NCBI GenBank assembly: GCA_964019335.1
Contig: OZ025697.1
Coordinates: forward strand, 372,001 to 436,000
Length of the DNA stretch: 64,000 nucleotides
Direction of reading: 5' to 3'
Source of the DNA: Diplonema japonicum
Lineage: Eukaryota; Protista; Euglenozoa: Diplonemea
Positions 21,936-32,657 of the stretch are shown here, piece by piece. The stretch's first letter is position 1, and each line of letters begins with the position of its first letter. The position numbers and the translations under genes were made by a program. The notes below the pieces were generated by a model. That model had not been told where the DNA came from. It saw only the letters and a program-made list of their open reading frames with translations, and ran no database searches.

Positions 21936-22264
21936 GTATCCAGAAGGGTGTTGGAAGAAAAAAAAATTAAAGTAAAAAAAAAAAAGGAGGAGTTGTAAAA
22001 AAAAAAAGGGGGGGGAAACCGAAAAATTCTCCCAAAAGTTTTTTTTTTTTTTGTCTCACCTTTTTTTTTTTCATCCCTTTTTTTTCCCCATTGCCGAAAA
22101 ATGAAAAAGAAAAAATGTTCTAACCCCCTTTCTTTTTTTTTCTTCCCCCTTGTAAAAAGGTACCTTCCATTATTAGTCATGACAGGTGTTTGCAAGTTAC
22201 AAAACGGGGAAAAAAAAAAAAAAAAAAGAGAGCGGGTGAAACCATTTTTTTTTTCTTCCAGTTC

Positions 22265-23043
22265 CTACTCGGTCTTAGCCCTGGTAGTGTCACCAGTTGA
22301 GCGGAAGTGCCCAGCAGCATCATGCGCACCACAGAATTCCTTCTGTTTCTTGGTTTTTGTTCCACCAGCACAGTACAGATTCTTGAAGAGGAAAGCGAAC
22401 AGAATAAAGTAGATGGTGTACATTCCAAGCCCCATCTTGTAGTTGGAAGGTGTAACATAGCACTCTTCGACGCCCCCCTCCATGTGCCACACCGCAGAAA
22501 AATATGTCACTGTCATCCCCATGACCATCTGAAGAATCTGGATGGTTGTAATAAACGGTGCAATCGCCTTTGTAAACGGACGGAAGAGACCCAAAATCGT
22601 TATCATGTAGTAAAGGTACATAATGGAGTGGACCGTGTAGTTCATCGCAGCGAACCAAAGCCCGGGAGCGATGCTGTTGTGGTACGCGTGCCAGCAGTAC
22701 AGAAGAACGGTACAGTGGTGGAACCAGTGCAAAAAGATAACAGGGCGCTTTCTCAACACAAGGAAAACGGTGTCCATGAGCTCCGGTATTTTTGAATAGA
22801 TAAACAGGAAAACGTACAGACCCACATGGCCTTTAAGATACCACTCAGCAGGGTTTGTGCAAACGGTGTACTTGAAACCCTTTTCTTGAAGATTCTTGAG
22901 GAGGACCGGCACCGTGTTGAAAAGCCCGAAGAAGCTGAACGTCGCTAGGAAGAAGTTCCACAGTGCGAATATATACTTCGATTTCATGGCTGGCACGTTC
23001 TGCAGCAGTGTTGGGCCTTGGAAGATCATGGCCAGGTACACCA

Positions 23044-23079
<36 letters not shown>

Positions 23080-23205
23080 CCGAAAAATTTTCCATACCAC
23101 GAAAAAGATGGGCACTTCAGTGTGCTCCTGCGTCCATTGCACTACGTCTGTTGAATCGAAGTTTTCTGCGTCGACGCCGAAGTAGCTGAAGAAGAGATCG
23201 GACAT
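22265..23205 (-). CDS. ELO/GNS1-family fatty acid elongase; intron 23045-23097
   Basis: SKIPELMDTVFLVL, IFLHWFHH, MNYTVHSIMYLYY and TTIQILQM motifs. A 36-codon first exon (MSDLFFSYFG...EVPIFFV) joins MVYLAMIF in frame. Confidence 0.95.
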
Positions 23206-23432
23206 TTTCTAATTTTTTTTTAAATATTTTTTTTTGTTGATGAAGAAAGAAGTTATTTCCGCAATTGGAAGGGAGGAGGGAGGGAGGGGGAGTACGTTTT
23301 GTTTTCTTAGTAAAAAAAAAAAAAAAAAAATAGAGATAACCCTGTAGGAACTTTAAAAGAAAAATGTGTGCGTAGGTGTGTTTTCGCGAAGACGAATATA
23401 AAAAGCGTACTAAAAGAAGAAGGAAGGCAAGA

Positions 23433-23474
<42 letters not shown>

Positions 23475-23847
23475 ATGAATGGAAGGGGGTGTTATTTTTT
23501 TTTTTTCATTTTTTTTTTGTAAAAAAAAAAAATTTAAATCAAAAAAAAAAAATACGTGAGGCAAAGAGGAACCGGCAGTTGTTTGTTACGTGCTGGTGAG
23601 GAGGGAAGAAAAAAAAAAAAAACGAACTCACAGTTCAAGAGGAGAAAATCCACACTGGTCTAAAACCCGTTGTGCTTAAGGCCAGTTATTCCCCCCCCCC
23701 CCCCCCCCCCTCTCCTGTCTTAAGAAGAAAAAAAAAGAAAAACAAGGAAATAAACTAAACCGGCTTTACTTTTGAGCATTTATAGAAAAATCAAAAGAAG
23801 TATTTTTTTTTTTCCTTTTTTTTTTCTTTTTTGCGCTATTGTGTAAA

Positions 23848-23891
<44 letters not shown>

Positions 23892-23919
23892 AAACCCTCC
23901 AAAAAAAAAATTTTTTTTT

Positions 23920-25197
23920 TCAAGGTTCACACTCAGAAGAGTGATAGCACCAATGCCGAACCTGGCAATCCTCCGAACAATAGCAAACCTTTCGACAACA
24001 GCACAAGATCGTGGTTTTAGTCCGCTCCTGCGTGCAGTGCGCGCAGAACGCAAGCGGCCGCGACCGTATGTCAATCAAACGCAACGCCCTCTGCACCAAC
24101 ATCCCAGGCGGCATCCCCGAAACATCCAAACCCGCATCCCTCAGAGCCTCTACAAGCAACGTCAGCGAATATTTCTCAAGCGCTGTATGTGAATTCGCCT
24201 GACTATCAGGAGGGTACAAAGGGTTCGCGGCAACATGCATATTGTTCAAAGTCTCCAAGCTATCAGCTACCGAAGCGTATCGTGTTGAAATGTACTTGTC
24301 TGTAAGAGGCAGCCCTGTGGCGATTTGAAGCCCTGAGACGGGTGATAACAAAGGGGATGTGGGGGCTTTTTGCATCCAAGCTTCGTACTTAGCAACGCTA
24401 GACTCGCAGTCGGACAGCTTCCGTTTCATCAGCGTAGGCTTCACAGTGTCCTCGGCACCGGTTTCGTTGATAAGCTGGACGGTCCCTCCAACACGGCCCA
24501 TACCAGTAAGCCTTACAATGAGCAAGGATCCTAAAACAAGCGCGCCCCCGATTCCAGCAATGCCAAGCCAGAGAATTATCGGTGAACTATTGGTATCATT
24601 GTTGTCTATTAAAACCGCAACCGGTGGTGTAACAGGTGGTTCAGACGGAAGCGGGTATTGCAATCTGAATTCCGAGTTTGGTTTTTTTAAAGTTTCCGCA
24701 GCTTTCCGTACATCGTCTGCTGAGTCTTCACGATAGACAAACGCGGTGTAATGTATAAATGTGATGCATTGGGGTGGGTTTGTACATGGGCCTGTGGTTG
24801 CTATCCGGCTTGACGTTGTTGAGGTGCTGTGCCATGATTTGCACTCGAGCAGAACAGAGTTGCATAAATGTACGTCAGTAAGTTCTGAGTGTTTGTCGAT
24901 AAGACAGCTTTTCGTCAGCAAGATCCCTTCCAGGTTGGGGACCGATTCCTTCATTACACGGAACAGAAGGGTGCAGACTGCGTAAGGGTCGTACTCCTTG
25001 ACGTCGCCGAGGGACACGGTCAGGGAGTACGGTATTATAACCCTTTCCGGAGTTGCCACCGGCGGCAAGATCGTCGCAGTTTTTGTGCCCGGTTCTTCGT
25101 CCGTTGGGGGTTCCTCATCCCATGCCATTACCGACACTGATTTCATTGTGTGTAATTCACTCAAACACAGTAGTGTGACGCATGGTAGAATGTGCAT
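23920..25197 (-). CDS. Single-pass membrane protein with a C-terminal MYND zinc finger
   Basis: Hydrophobic N-terminus, TM helix IILWLGIAGIGGALVLGSLLIV, and CAHC...CCCRKVCYCSEDCQVRHWCYHSSEC. Confidence 0.8.
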   Translation of the reverse strand: MHILPCVTLLCLSELHTMKSVSVMAWDEEPPTDEEPGTKTATILPPVATPERVIIPYSLTVSLGDVKEYDPYAVCTLLFRVMKESVPNLEGILLTKSCLIDKHSELTDVHLCNSVLLECKSWHSTSTTSSRIATTGPCTNPPQCITFIHYTAFVYREDSADDVRKAAETLKKPNSEFRLQYPLPSEPPVTPPVAVLIDNNDTNSSPIILWLGIAGIGGALVLGSLLIVRLTGMGRVGGTVQLINETGAEDTVKPTLMKRKLSDCESSVAKYEAWMQKAPTSPLLSPVSGLQIATGLPLTDKYISTRYASVADSLETLNNMHVAANPLYPPDSQANSHTALEKYSLTLLVEALRDAGLDVSGMPPGMLVQRALRLIDIRSRPLAFCAHCTQERTKTTILCCCRKVCYCSEDCQVRHWCYHSSECEP

Positions 25198-25565
25198 TAT
25201 TTATTATTATTATTATTTTTTTTTTTTTTATGCGTTCATTTCTTTTTTCTTTTTTTTTTTTCCTCTTTTCTCCCTCTTTTTTTTTTTTTTAGAAAGTGGG
25301 AAAAAAAAAAAAATTCCAAGAAAAGAGAAAAAGATATTACTAAACTTTGGTTTTTTTTCCTTTCTTTTTTTTTCTTCTTCTTTTTTTTTTTTTGTTTCCC
25401 CCCCTTCGAAAAATTTCTTAATCGAACAGGAATGGGAAAGAAGGGAATAAAAAAAAAAAAATAAAAATAAAAAAGAGTAACGGATAGAGAATACTGTAAG
25501 GAGGGTACTAAGTGGTTTCGTTCTTTGTTTTTTTATGAACATTTCACCCCCCCCCCCTTTTTTTT

Positions 25566-26770
25566 TCAACATTTTATAGGAGGCCGTTTGTGCCTAGGGA
25601 GATGCTTACTGAATGGGATAGTACCCCGGGGTTTCTCCTTCGGAAGGTCGTAAAAATAATGCGACGCATGGCATTGTTGTTTAAGAGTGCTGTCTCGCTT
25701 TTCCCTGCTAACCTGCCGTTCAAACCGAGCACCAGCATAAGCAGGAAGCGGCGCAGGCCGTGCATCATATATTTGGTCAACAGAGTGAGGTTTCTGCCAC
25801 GCACCAAAACAGTGATCTCGTGATGTCCCTCTTCCCATGTCTAGAGCAGATGTGTGGCGTGCTCTGGTTAGCTCATCAGATGGATTGTAGTCAGTCTGCG
25901 TGGCTAACCGTTTAGAGAATACGTCGGTGTGTCCGTCAGCCCATTCCATGTGCACACTTTGTGATCGCTTCTCAGTCGCAGCGTACCTGGGGTCATATTG
26001 AAGTTGGACATTTTCGTTCGGGTGAAGGTACTCCTGTCTTGGAATTTGCACGTTGTAGTCAACCCCGTTCGGGGGGCGGGGCTGTGTGAGTTTATGTGAA
26101 ACATCGAGGTCCTTGCGTGTGTCTGGTTTAGGACCGTTCGCTTCTCGCGAGGATATCTTGCTGAAGTCCGCTGCTCTGACTGCGGGTACAGTCGACAACA
26201 TCATGTTGCCCGAACCGTAGGACACCCCGTGCACGCTCTGATTCGTCAACGGCTTGCGTGGAATTTGCGTTGCAAAACACGTTCCTTGTAAATGCCTTGT
26301 TTCTTCTAAATTGTACACGATGTCAGGAGCCTGTCCACCGGTGGTGCCTGCTGCTCCGTTCCATCTGTCGGCCTGTCTCCGCATGTCCACGGCTGTGGGG
26401 CTTGATTTGTAAAAGCAGTTGTACGGCCAGTATGTGTCAGGGGTGGTCGAGCGCATTAAGGGTCGCCGTTCTGTTGTCAGGAATGCCGACGACGGGCGGC
26501 CCTGTTTGACGGTCTCGGCTGCGGTTCGGCTCCTCTCGACCCACTTCTTGAACTGGTTCGGGTGGCACCCTTCGCTGTCGTCCAGCAGACCTTCGTTGTC
26601 ACCGTCGCGATCGAGTTGGGTAGCCCCCCCTTCCGTCCCTGTTGTGTTTGCTTGCGTCCCCAGCGTGCTGGAGTGCTTCGTCCCTGCTGTGCGTGGTCGC
26701 CGTCCCCGCTGTTTCAACTTCTGATTACGGGGCGATGTTACGCGGGAGGCTTTTTCCCAGTCGGGGGGCT

Positions 26771-26801
<31 letters not shown>

Positions 26802-27615
26802 CCAAATTGCGCACCTTCGCGACGCTCCTGTGTATCACCTTAAACTTCGGGTTGTACTGCCCTATACAAGGCATCCCGCTTTGATGCTTGGGCACCAAGC
26901 TCCGCGTCGCCTTCGTGAGAAAGAAGGACGAAGGCCGGAGGGTCGCGCACTTTTCCTCGTCGGTGGCCGATTCAAGGACAGCGAGCATTTGCGCCTATTT
27001 GTTGTTATTTTTTTCTTCTTTTTCCTTATAACGCACCTCTTGCAGTGCTTCTACATCTTCTTGCGCGCTTTCGGTACAACTCGCGGTGTCAACGGTTAGG
27101 TTTTGGAGGGTGGTGCTTCCAGGGATGGTGCTGACGGTTTGCAGTGTTTGCTGTGTGGTGTTGAAATCGGGTGAGCATGTGGCAGGGCGGTTGCGAGAGG
27201 ACCATGGCCTGCGGACACCGAACTTTTCGTACTTCAGGTCAACAGGGTCAGGAGGGGGGGCCTCCAGCAGGTTGCCGTCGCTGTCGAACCTGAGGCTCAT
27301 CGTCTTCCCAAACGTAATAGTCTTGTTGGCCTTGTGGTCTGCCTCCAGCCGCTTCATGACGTGCACATTCTCCCGTGGGGACGACAGGAGTTCCTTGTGC
27401 CGTCCTTCGTCGTAAGCTTCCCCTGTTCCAAACTCGTCCAGCCCCGCCTCCAAGGGCAATATAAATACGGTATTTGCAACCTGTTTCCCCGGTTTCTTCA
27501 TGCTCTGCACACCTCCTTTTGCGAGCTGCCGTGTGCCTGTTGATATCTCGCTCATATACCCTGCTTTCGAAAAGCTCGGGGGCGGCATGATCGAGTCGGC
27601 ATTGAGTGGAGCCAT
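25566..27615 (-). CDS. Three-exon protein with Y(N/D)P-type repeats reminiscent of SHIPPO/STPG ciliary proteins
   Basis: Three ORF-track pieces fuse in frame when GTGCG...AG introns 26995-27036 and 26769-26814 are removed. Repeats GQYNPKF, QYDPRY and TDYNPS. The family assignment is tentative. Confidence 0.7.
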
Positions 27616-27753
27616 CCCCCTCTCCCTCCTTGTGGGGGGTGGTGGGACAGACAAGAAAAAAAAAAAAAAAAAAAAAAAAATGTAGGGGTATTTTTTTTTT
27701 TTTTTTTGATTCTTTTTTTTTTTTTTTAAATTTTCCCCCTCATAATAAATTAT

Positions 27754-28638
27754 TCACATCGACTTGTTCGCGCGAAACAGCGCTTTGACCCTCCCGCTCT
27801 GTTCCTTGTGGACGGCCTCGTCGAATTCTTCGAAAAAAAGCAGCAAAAGGGGGAACACCGCCACATCGGTGTCCGTGTCAAGCTCACCACCTGTCTCGAG
27901 AAAATAAGTGAGCAGGCTGCCGTAAAGCTCATTTAGCATGTTCATCATGCTAGAGACCTCGTCGGGGGTAAGGGTCAGGGGGTGGTCTTCTGATATGAGA
28001 TATGTTACTAGATATTCCATGATTCGGGCAGAGGAGACAAGACTGGGAAGGTCTTCTGGGAGGTGCGATGATTTCGACGCAGATAGCGACATAGTGATAT
28101 GGACGTGGGCGTGCCTCGTGACTACGTGAATGAGATTTTGCAGGAATCGGTGTCCGAAGAGCTCGGTTGACACCAAGCAGACTTTTAACGTCTCGGTAAG
28201 AACCGTTTTCTTTAGATTTTTTATTGTCAACATTTCTTTTAATCCCTTCTGCAGCAGGATCAACCAGTCCTCGCCATCTTTTGTCAGCCATTCGGGTGCC
28301 ATGGGGCGTTCTGTCACTTCACACACTCTTCGTTGCGATGCGAACCACTCCAAACCCTCCCCTACAGATTGCAACAGGTTTATTTTAATCTCCGATTCTT
28401 CCCTTCCGAACACGCGGCATACGTCCTTCACACGATTTTCCAATTCCTTGCTGAAAGTTGTGTCGTGGTGGGCGTTCTGGGCCTGTAGCAAAAGTGCTTT
28501 TTTCGAGTACTTTTTTTCGAATTCATCGATCGACGTTATGTTTTTAGAGGTTTTTTGTTCTTGTTTTTCTTCTTCTTTTTCGGTGCCCGTTTTGAATAGT
28601 TTCTTCACCTCCTCCACTTCTTTTTCGAACGCATTCAT
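27754..28638 (-). CDS. Hypothetical helical protein
   Basis: 294 aa ATG-initiated ORF on the cluster strand. Confidence 0.7.
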   Translation of the reverse strand: MNAFEKEVEEVKKLFKTGTEKEEEKQEQKTSKNITSIDEFEKKYSKKALLLQAQNAHHDTTFSKELENRVKDVCRVFGREESEIKINLLQSVGEGLEWFASQRRVCEVTERPMAPEWLTKDGEDWLILLQKGLKEMLTIKNLKKTVLTETLKVCLVSTELFGHRFLQNLIHVVTRHAHVHITMSLSASKSSHLPEDLPSLVSSARIMEYLVTYLISEDHPLTLTPDEVSSMMNMLNELYGSLLTYFLETGGELDTDTDVAVFPLLLLFFEEFDEAVHKEQSGRVKALFRANKSM

Positions 28639-28740
28639 TTTTTTCCCCCCCCTCCTCCCCCTTCTCTCCTATTATTATTATTATTATTTTTTTTTTTTTT
28701 GTGGAGAAAAAAAAAAGTTCTGGTGAAGGAGGTTACCTCC

Positions 28741-28876
28741 TTATCTTTGACAGTAGACTCACCCACAACTCTATGGGAAAAAAAAAACCCCCTCCCTAGA
28801 AGGCGACCTGGCAAATTTGGTACAAAAAAAAAAAAAAAAAAAAAAAATAGAAGCAAATTGGGGCAAATAAGTATCA
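28741..28876 (-). ncRNA. Degenerate copy of the AGA-box RNA repeat
   Basis: Retains both ends of the unit, but the stem and pocket are damaged and the middle is deleted. Confidence 0.4.
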
Positions 28877-28957
28877 TAGAGTGCTCTATGAGGCCTCGAT
28901 CTTTCTTTTTTTTTTTCCCCGGGTGTTTGCGGCTTGTGTTGTTCTCAAAATGTTTAC

Positions 28958-29160
28958 GTATCTTTGATACTTGACTCACCCCCACCGCTATGATGCCCCA
29001 GAGGGCGACAGGCTACATCGTAAACAAAATAGAAGGTTTCAAAAAAGGAGAAAAAAAAATGCTTTTTTCTCTTTTTTTTGTCCTAATCCTACCGTTTACC
29101 ACCACCGGTCTCCCTCCATGTGGAGTGTGAAGAGCAAATTGGGGGCTTAAATAAGTATCA
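28958..29160 (-). ncRNA. Candidate AGA-box (H/ACA-like) pseudouridylation guide RNA, copy 1
   Basis: Lower stem UGAUACUU/AAGUAUCA, pocket AUUUAA/GAGUC, upper stem GCCCCCA/UGGGGGU, and AGA 14 nt after the upper stem. Confidence 0.65.
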
Positions 29161-29330
29161 TGAAATCAGTAAAAAAAAAAAAAAAAAAGGCGATGTTTAA
29201 GGGCAAATCCCATCCCTTAGGGGGGGCGGGGTCCTTCTTCAGGTTGGTTCTCAGCTCTTTTAGCCTGTCTTGGGTCTCTCGTGAGGCGAAAAAAACAAAA
29301 TGGATCCACACACTTCAGGTTTTGTACTTC

Positions 29331-29514
29331 AAATCTTTGATACTTGACTCACCCCCACTGCTATAATGCCCCAGAGGGCGACAGGCTACATGACAAACAA
29401 GAAATAGAAGGTTTCAAAAAAAAAGTTTTTTTTGTCCTAATCCTATACGTGTTATCACCACCGTCTCCCTCCACGTGGGGTGAAAGAGCAAATTGGGGGC
29501 TTAAATAAGTATCA
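29331..29514 (-). ncRNA. Candidate AGA-box guide RNA, copy 2
   Basis: Stems, pocket and AGA box identical to copy 1; the interior has diverged. Confidence 0.65.
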
Positions 29515-30150
29515 CTGAAAAGAAGAAAATGCTTTTCTACTTTCTTGCGAATTTTCGGGCACCCCCCCTGGCATACTAGTTTTTGTTCGAAAGAAAAAAA
29601 AAAAGAAGAAAAACTAAAGAGAATAATAAAAAAAAAAAAAGAAAGGGACTAACTCGGGCGCAGAACAAGGGGGGTAGCGGTACAAATGAAAAAAAAAAAA
29701 AAGAAGAACAAAAGACAAATCACCCCCCTTTTTTTTTCATTTATATTTTTTTATTTGTTACTCGGGGAGCCAGGAGCACGCATAAAAAAAAAAAAAAAAA
29801 AAAAGAGGGAAAGATGGGGAGGAAGGAACTTAAACTAGTTGCTTATGAATCTTTCCTGTTCTCTTGTATTTTTCTTCCTCTTTTTTTTTTTTCTTCTTTT
29901 TTCTTATTGGTATTATTGTTATTATTTTCTTTTCATTTTCTGCTCTCCTCCTCCCTCATCACTCCCAAGATGAGATAAATATCAAAAAGAAAACTTTTTT
30001 TTTTTTTTTTTTTCCTTTCCTCCTTCTTTCACGACATGCCGTAAATAAATAAAATATAAGTAAAAATAACACGTGAGACAAATGAAAGTCATCAAAAAAA
30101 AAAAAAATACAAACAGATAGATAAAATTAACGTCTTTCCATCCTCCCCCC

Positions 30151-30316
30151 TTACCCAACAGGCAACACCACCCCCTGAGGTATCGAAACAGCTGAATCAT
30201 TAGAATACTCAGAAGGACGGACCCACTGTTTTTTACCAGAGGTGTGTGTGTAGAAAATATCACCTCGAGGCGTTTCAGTTTGCCGCCATCCTGGGCGGAG
30301 GGGGTCGGATTGGACT

Positions 30317-30348
<32 letters not shown>

Positions 30349-31227
30349 CCAATCCATACTGTCTCTCGGTTCAGGGCCGTACTTCTGAACCAGCGTTCCC
30401 ATGATAAGGTCCTCTTTCCCGAAGCTCGAGTACACCGTGGGCATGACAGACGGCAGCTTACCGGGACGGTAGAATTGAAAGAAGTTCAGTAACCGCCTCC
30501 GGAGATCTTTATCGAACCCCTCTGAGGACTGCGCGGGAGCCTTCAACAGAGTGAAATCCCCACCACTGGGCAGCTTGAACAAAATACCAGGTATAACCGC
30601 AACGTTGAAATTCTGCAACGGGAGGATAGAGTTTGATGCGTTGGCAGGGCACTGTGTCGCCCTGCTCCAGACGGGCAACGTTTTTGTCAACGCACGTAAC
30701 GCGGAAATTGCGGTAGGCAGTGTGTCCCACTTCACGATGATGGACATTACATCGTTGAAGGTGAAGGTTCTGTACCCATCATACGCCACATGTTCCAAAA
30801 GCCGAGCCACGTCCGCCACATATATAAAAGGTTTTCCCTCTACTATTTTGATTGAGACTGTGATGTCGGTGTTCTCCTCCACATAGCATATTTCCCTGCA
30901 CCCTGTCAGGGTTCGCCATTCATTTCGAACCTCCATTACGATCTTCTCCCAGCGGCCGTCGCCGTTTCTCTCTCTCACCCACCCTCCTTCCTTAACGTCC
31001 AGCCATCCTTTCAGCTCACTTTTTACCTCGATAATATCCCCCTCTCTGTACATTCCCACTATAGGCGCGTCTGTACTGGGGTGGTCCCTCACGTTCCAAT
31101 GGCTGAAGGGACCCGGTCTGCATATATATGTTTCATCGAAACAGGGCGACACTTTCAGAAACTCTTCATGTTCAGAGGTGAACGAAGCCCTTGGGGAGTC
31201 AGGGTACTTTGTCCAACTGTTTTCCAT
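30151..31227 (-). CDS. SH3b-like + helical 'RLxxFF..P.K..LxxKY' + WW domain protein; intron 30315-30359
   Basis: WNVRDHPSTDAPIVG...GWL...GGWV; LRRRLLNFFQFYRPGKL...LVQKYGPEP; LRPGW...IFYTHTSGKKQWVRP. Confidence 0.8.
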
Positions 31228-31299
31228 TCCCCTTTTTTTTTAAAAAAAAATTTTTTTTTTTGAGGGGGAATAAAAAAAAAAAAAAAAAAAAAAAAAAGA

Positions 31300-32028
31300 T
31301 TATTTTTTTATTTTCACAATTTCGCTTTGTTTTTTTATAGCGGTGTCAGCTTGCTGCAGCAGTAGATCGCATTCTTGGAAAAGGTCTGCGGCGATGGCAG
31401 TGGAGGAAGAGATGAATTGCTTAGTGGAGATAAAGGTTGCGTCCGACAACAGAGAAGAGGAAATCCACGGCTGCGATGATGGGAGGACCACCTCCAACCC
31501 CTCGCCATCAGTGAGAGCCAGCGCATTGCTCTGCTCCGAGAGGAAAAACTCACCATCAAGTGTCCCCAACCTAGGAAGCTTCTTCATAACCACACTTTTG
31601 TAATTCGGGATTGTGCACACCGGGTTTGGGTTCGACCCGTCTCTGTCTTTGAGGTGTAGCCCCCGCAATCGCTGGTTCCCGGCCAGTCCTATCACTGTAT
31701 CCAGATCTCTTACAAAATTGCCTTGTAAATACACAACTTCTAAAACTTCAAGGCTTTGGAGCCCATCCAGCTTTGAAATTCTGTTGAATCTAAGGTCGAG
31801 TCTCTTTAAACACCTTTGAACTCCTTCGAAGCCGCCGCTTAAGCTCATTATTTTGTTGTTGCTCAAGTTTAAGGTGTGCAACCGCGATAGGCCGTCTAGG
31901 TTTTGAATTTGCTTGATATCCAGACCGCACAAAGGCAGGCTAAGGATAGATGTCTTGTCAAATTGACCTGTAACTACCTTCACTAGCTCGAAAGTCATTT
32001 CGACTTCTTGGTCTTGTATGTCTTCCAT
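31300..32028 (-). CDS. Leucine-rich repeat protein (LRRC61-like)
   Basis: LHTLNLSNNKI and LKRLDLRFNRI repeats; NPVC...Y...LPRLGTLDG cap. Confidence 0.85.
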   Translation of the reverse strand: MEDIQDQEVEMTFELVKVVTGQFDKTSILSLPLCGLDIKQIQNLDGLSRLHTLNLSNNKIMSLSGGFEGVQRCLKRLDLRFNRISKLDGLQSLEVLEVVYLQGNFVRDLDTVIGLAGNQRLRGLHLKDRDGSNPNPVCTIPNYKSVVMKKLPRLGTLDGEFFLSEQSNALALTDGEGLEVVLPSSQPWISSSLLSDATFISTKQFISSSTAIAADLFQECDLLLQQADTAIKKQSEIVKIKK

Positions 32029-32229
32029 TTTTTCTCGTTCCCTCCCCCCCCTCTCCTCTTTTTTTTTTCGAGGGGAAAGAGAAGATTTAAAAAAAAAAAA
32101 AAAAGAAGGAGATTTTTTTTTATCTCTTTTTTTTTTAATATACGTATCTATCAAAAACTTAGTGGAGCATTTAAAAAAAAAGAAAGAAAGAAAGAAAAAA
32201 GACAAAAACTAAAAAGAAAGGGGGAAAAA

Positions 32230-32273
32230 AAAACTCAAAGTGCAGGACAAACCCCCTCATGGAGGGCCGCCCT
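32230..32273. repeat. 44-bp dispersed repeat, copy 1
   Basis: AAAACTCAAAGTGCAGGACAAACCCCCTCATGGAGGGCCGCCCT, identical to 42661-42704. Confidence 0.9.
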
Positions 32274-32420
32274 AAAAAATAAACCCCAGTTTTCTTTTCT
32301 TTTTTTTTTTCCCTTCGTCCTCCTTTTTTTTTTTCTTCTTCCTCCTTATGTGCGATGTCTACCTTTTCAAAAAAAAAGGGGGGGTAATTTTTTTTTAAAC
32401 CGCCCCCCCTTTTTTTTTAA

Positions 32421-32657
32421 CCATCTACCAACGAGCGTCTTTAAAGAGACGATTTGAAAAAAAATCTTTGCAAAGGGCTTTCAATAGAATTTTACAGTCG
32501 ATTTTTTTTGACTTGTTTTTTGTACCCCTCTCTCTAGAATTGGGACATCTGGAGGCATTTTTGGGGGCATATGGCCCCCAGCGTTGCGCTAGAATAGTTT
32601 TTTTGAAGTTTTGAAAATTTACCCCCTGGTGGGCAAAAATGGTCCGTTGGTAGATGG
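32421..32657 (+). mobile_element. 237-bp piggyBac-derived MITE
   Basis: Perfect 13-bp TIR CCATCTACCAACG with TTAA duplications (32417-20, 32658-61). Both arms match the ends of 61101-62886 in inverted orientation. Confidence 0.95.

Noticed and set aside
28958-29514. MITE reading of the tandem repeat (TGATACTT/AAGTATCA as TIRs)
   Set aside because: No TSDs. The tandem layout, AGA spacing and rRNA match fit a guide RNA better, though a MITE is not fully excluded.
30175-30208. Possible extra intron GTATT...CAG
   Set aside because: The donor deviates from consensus, and removal does not give a better C-terminus.
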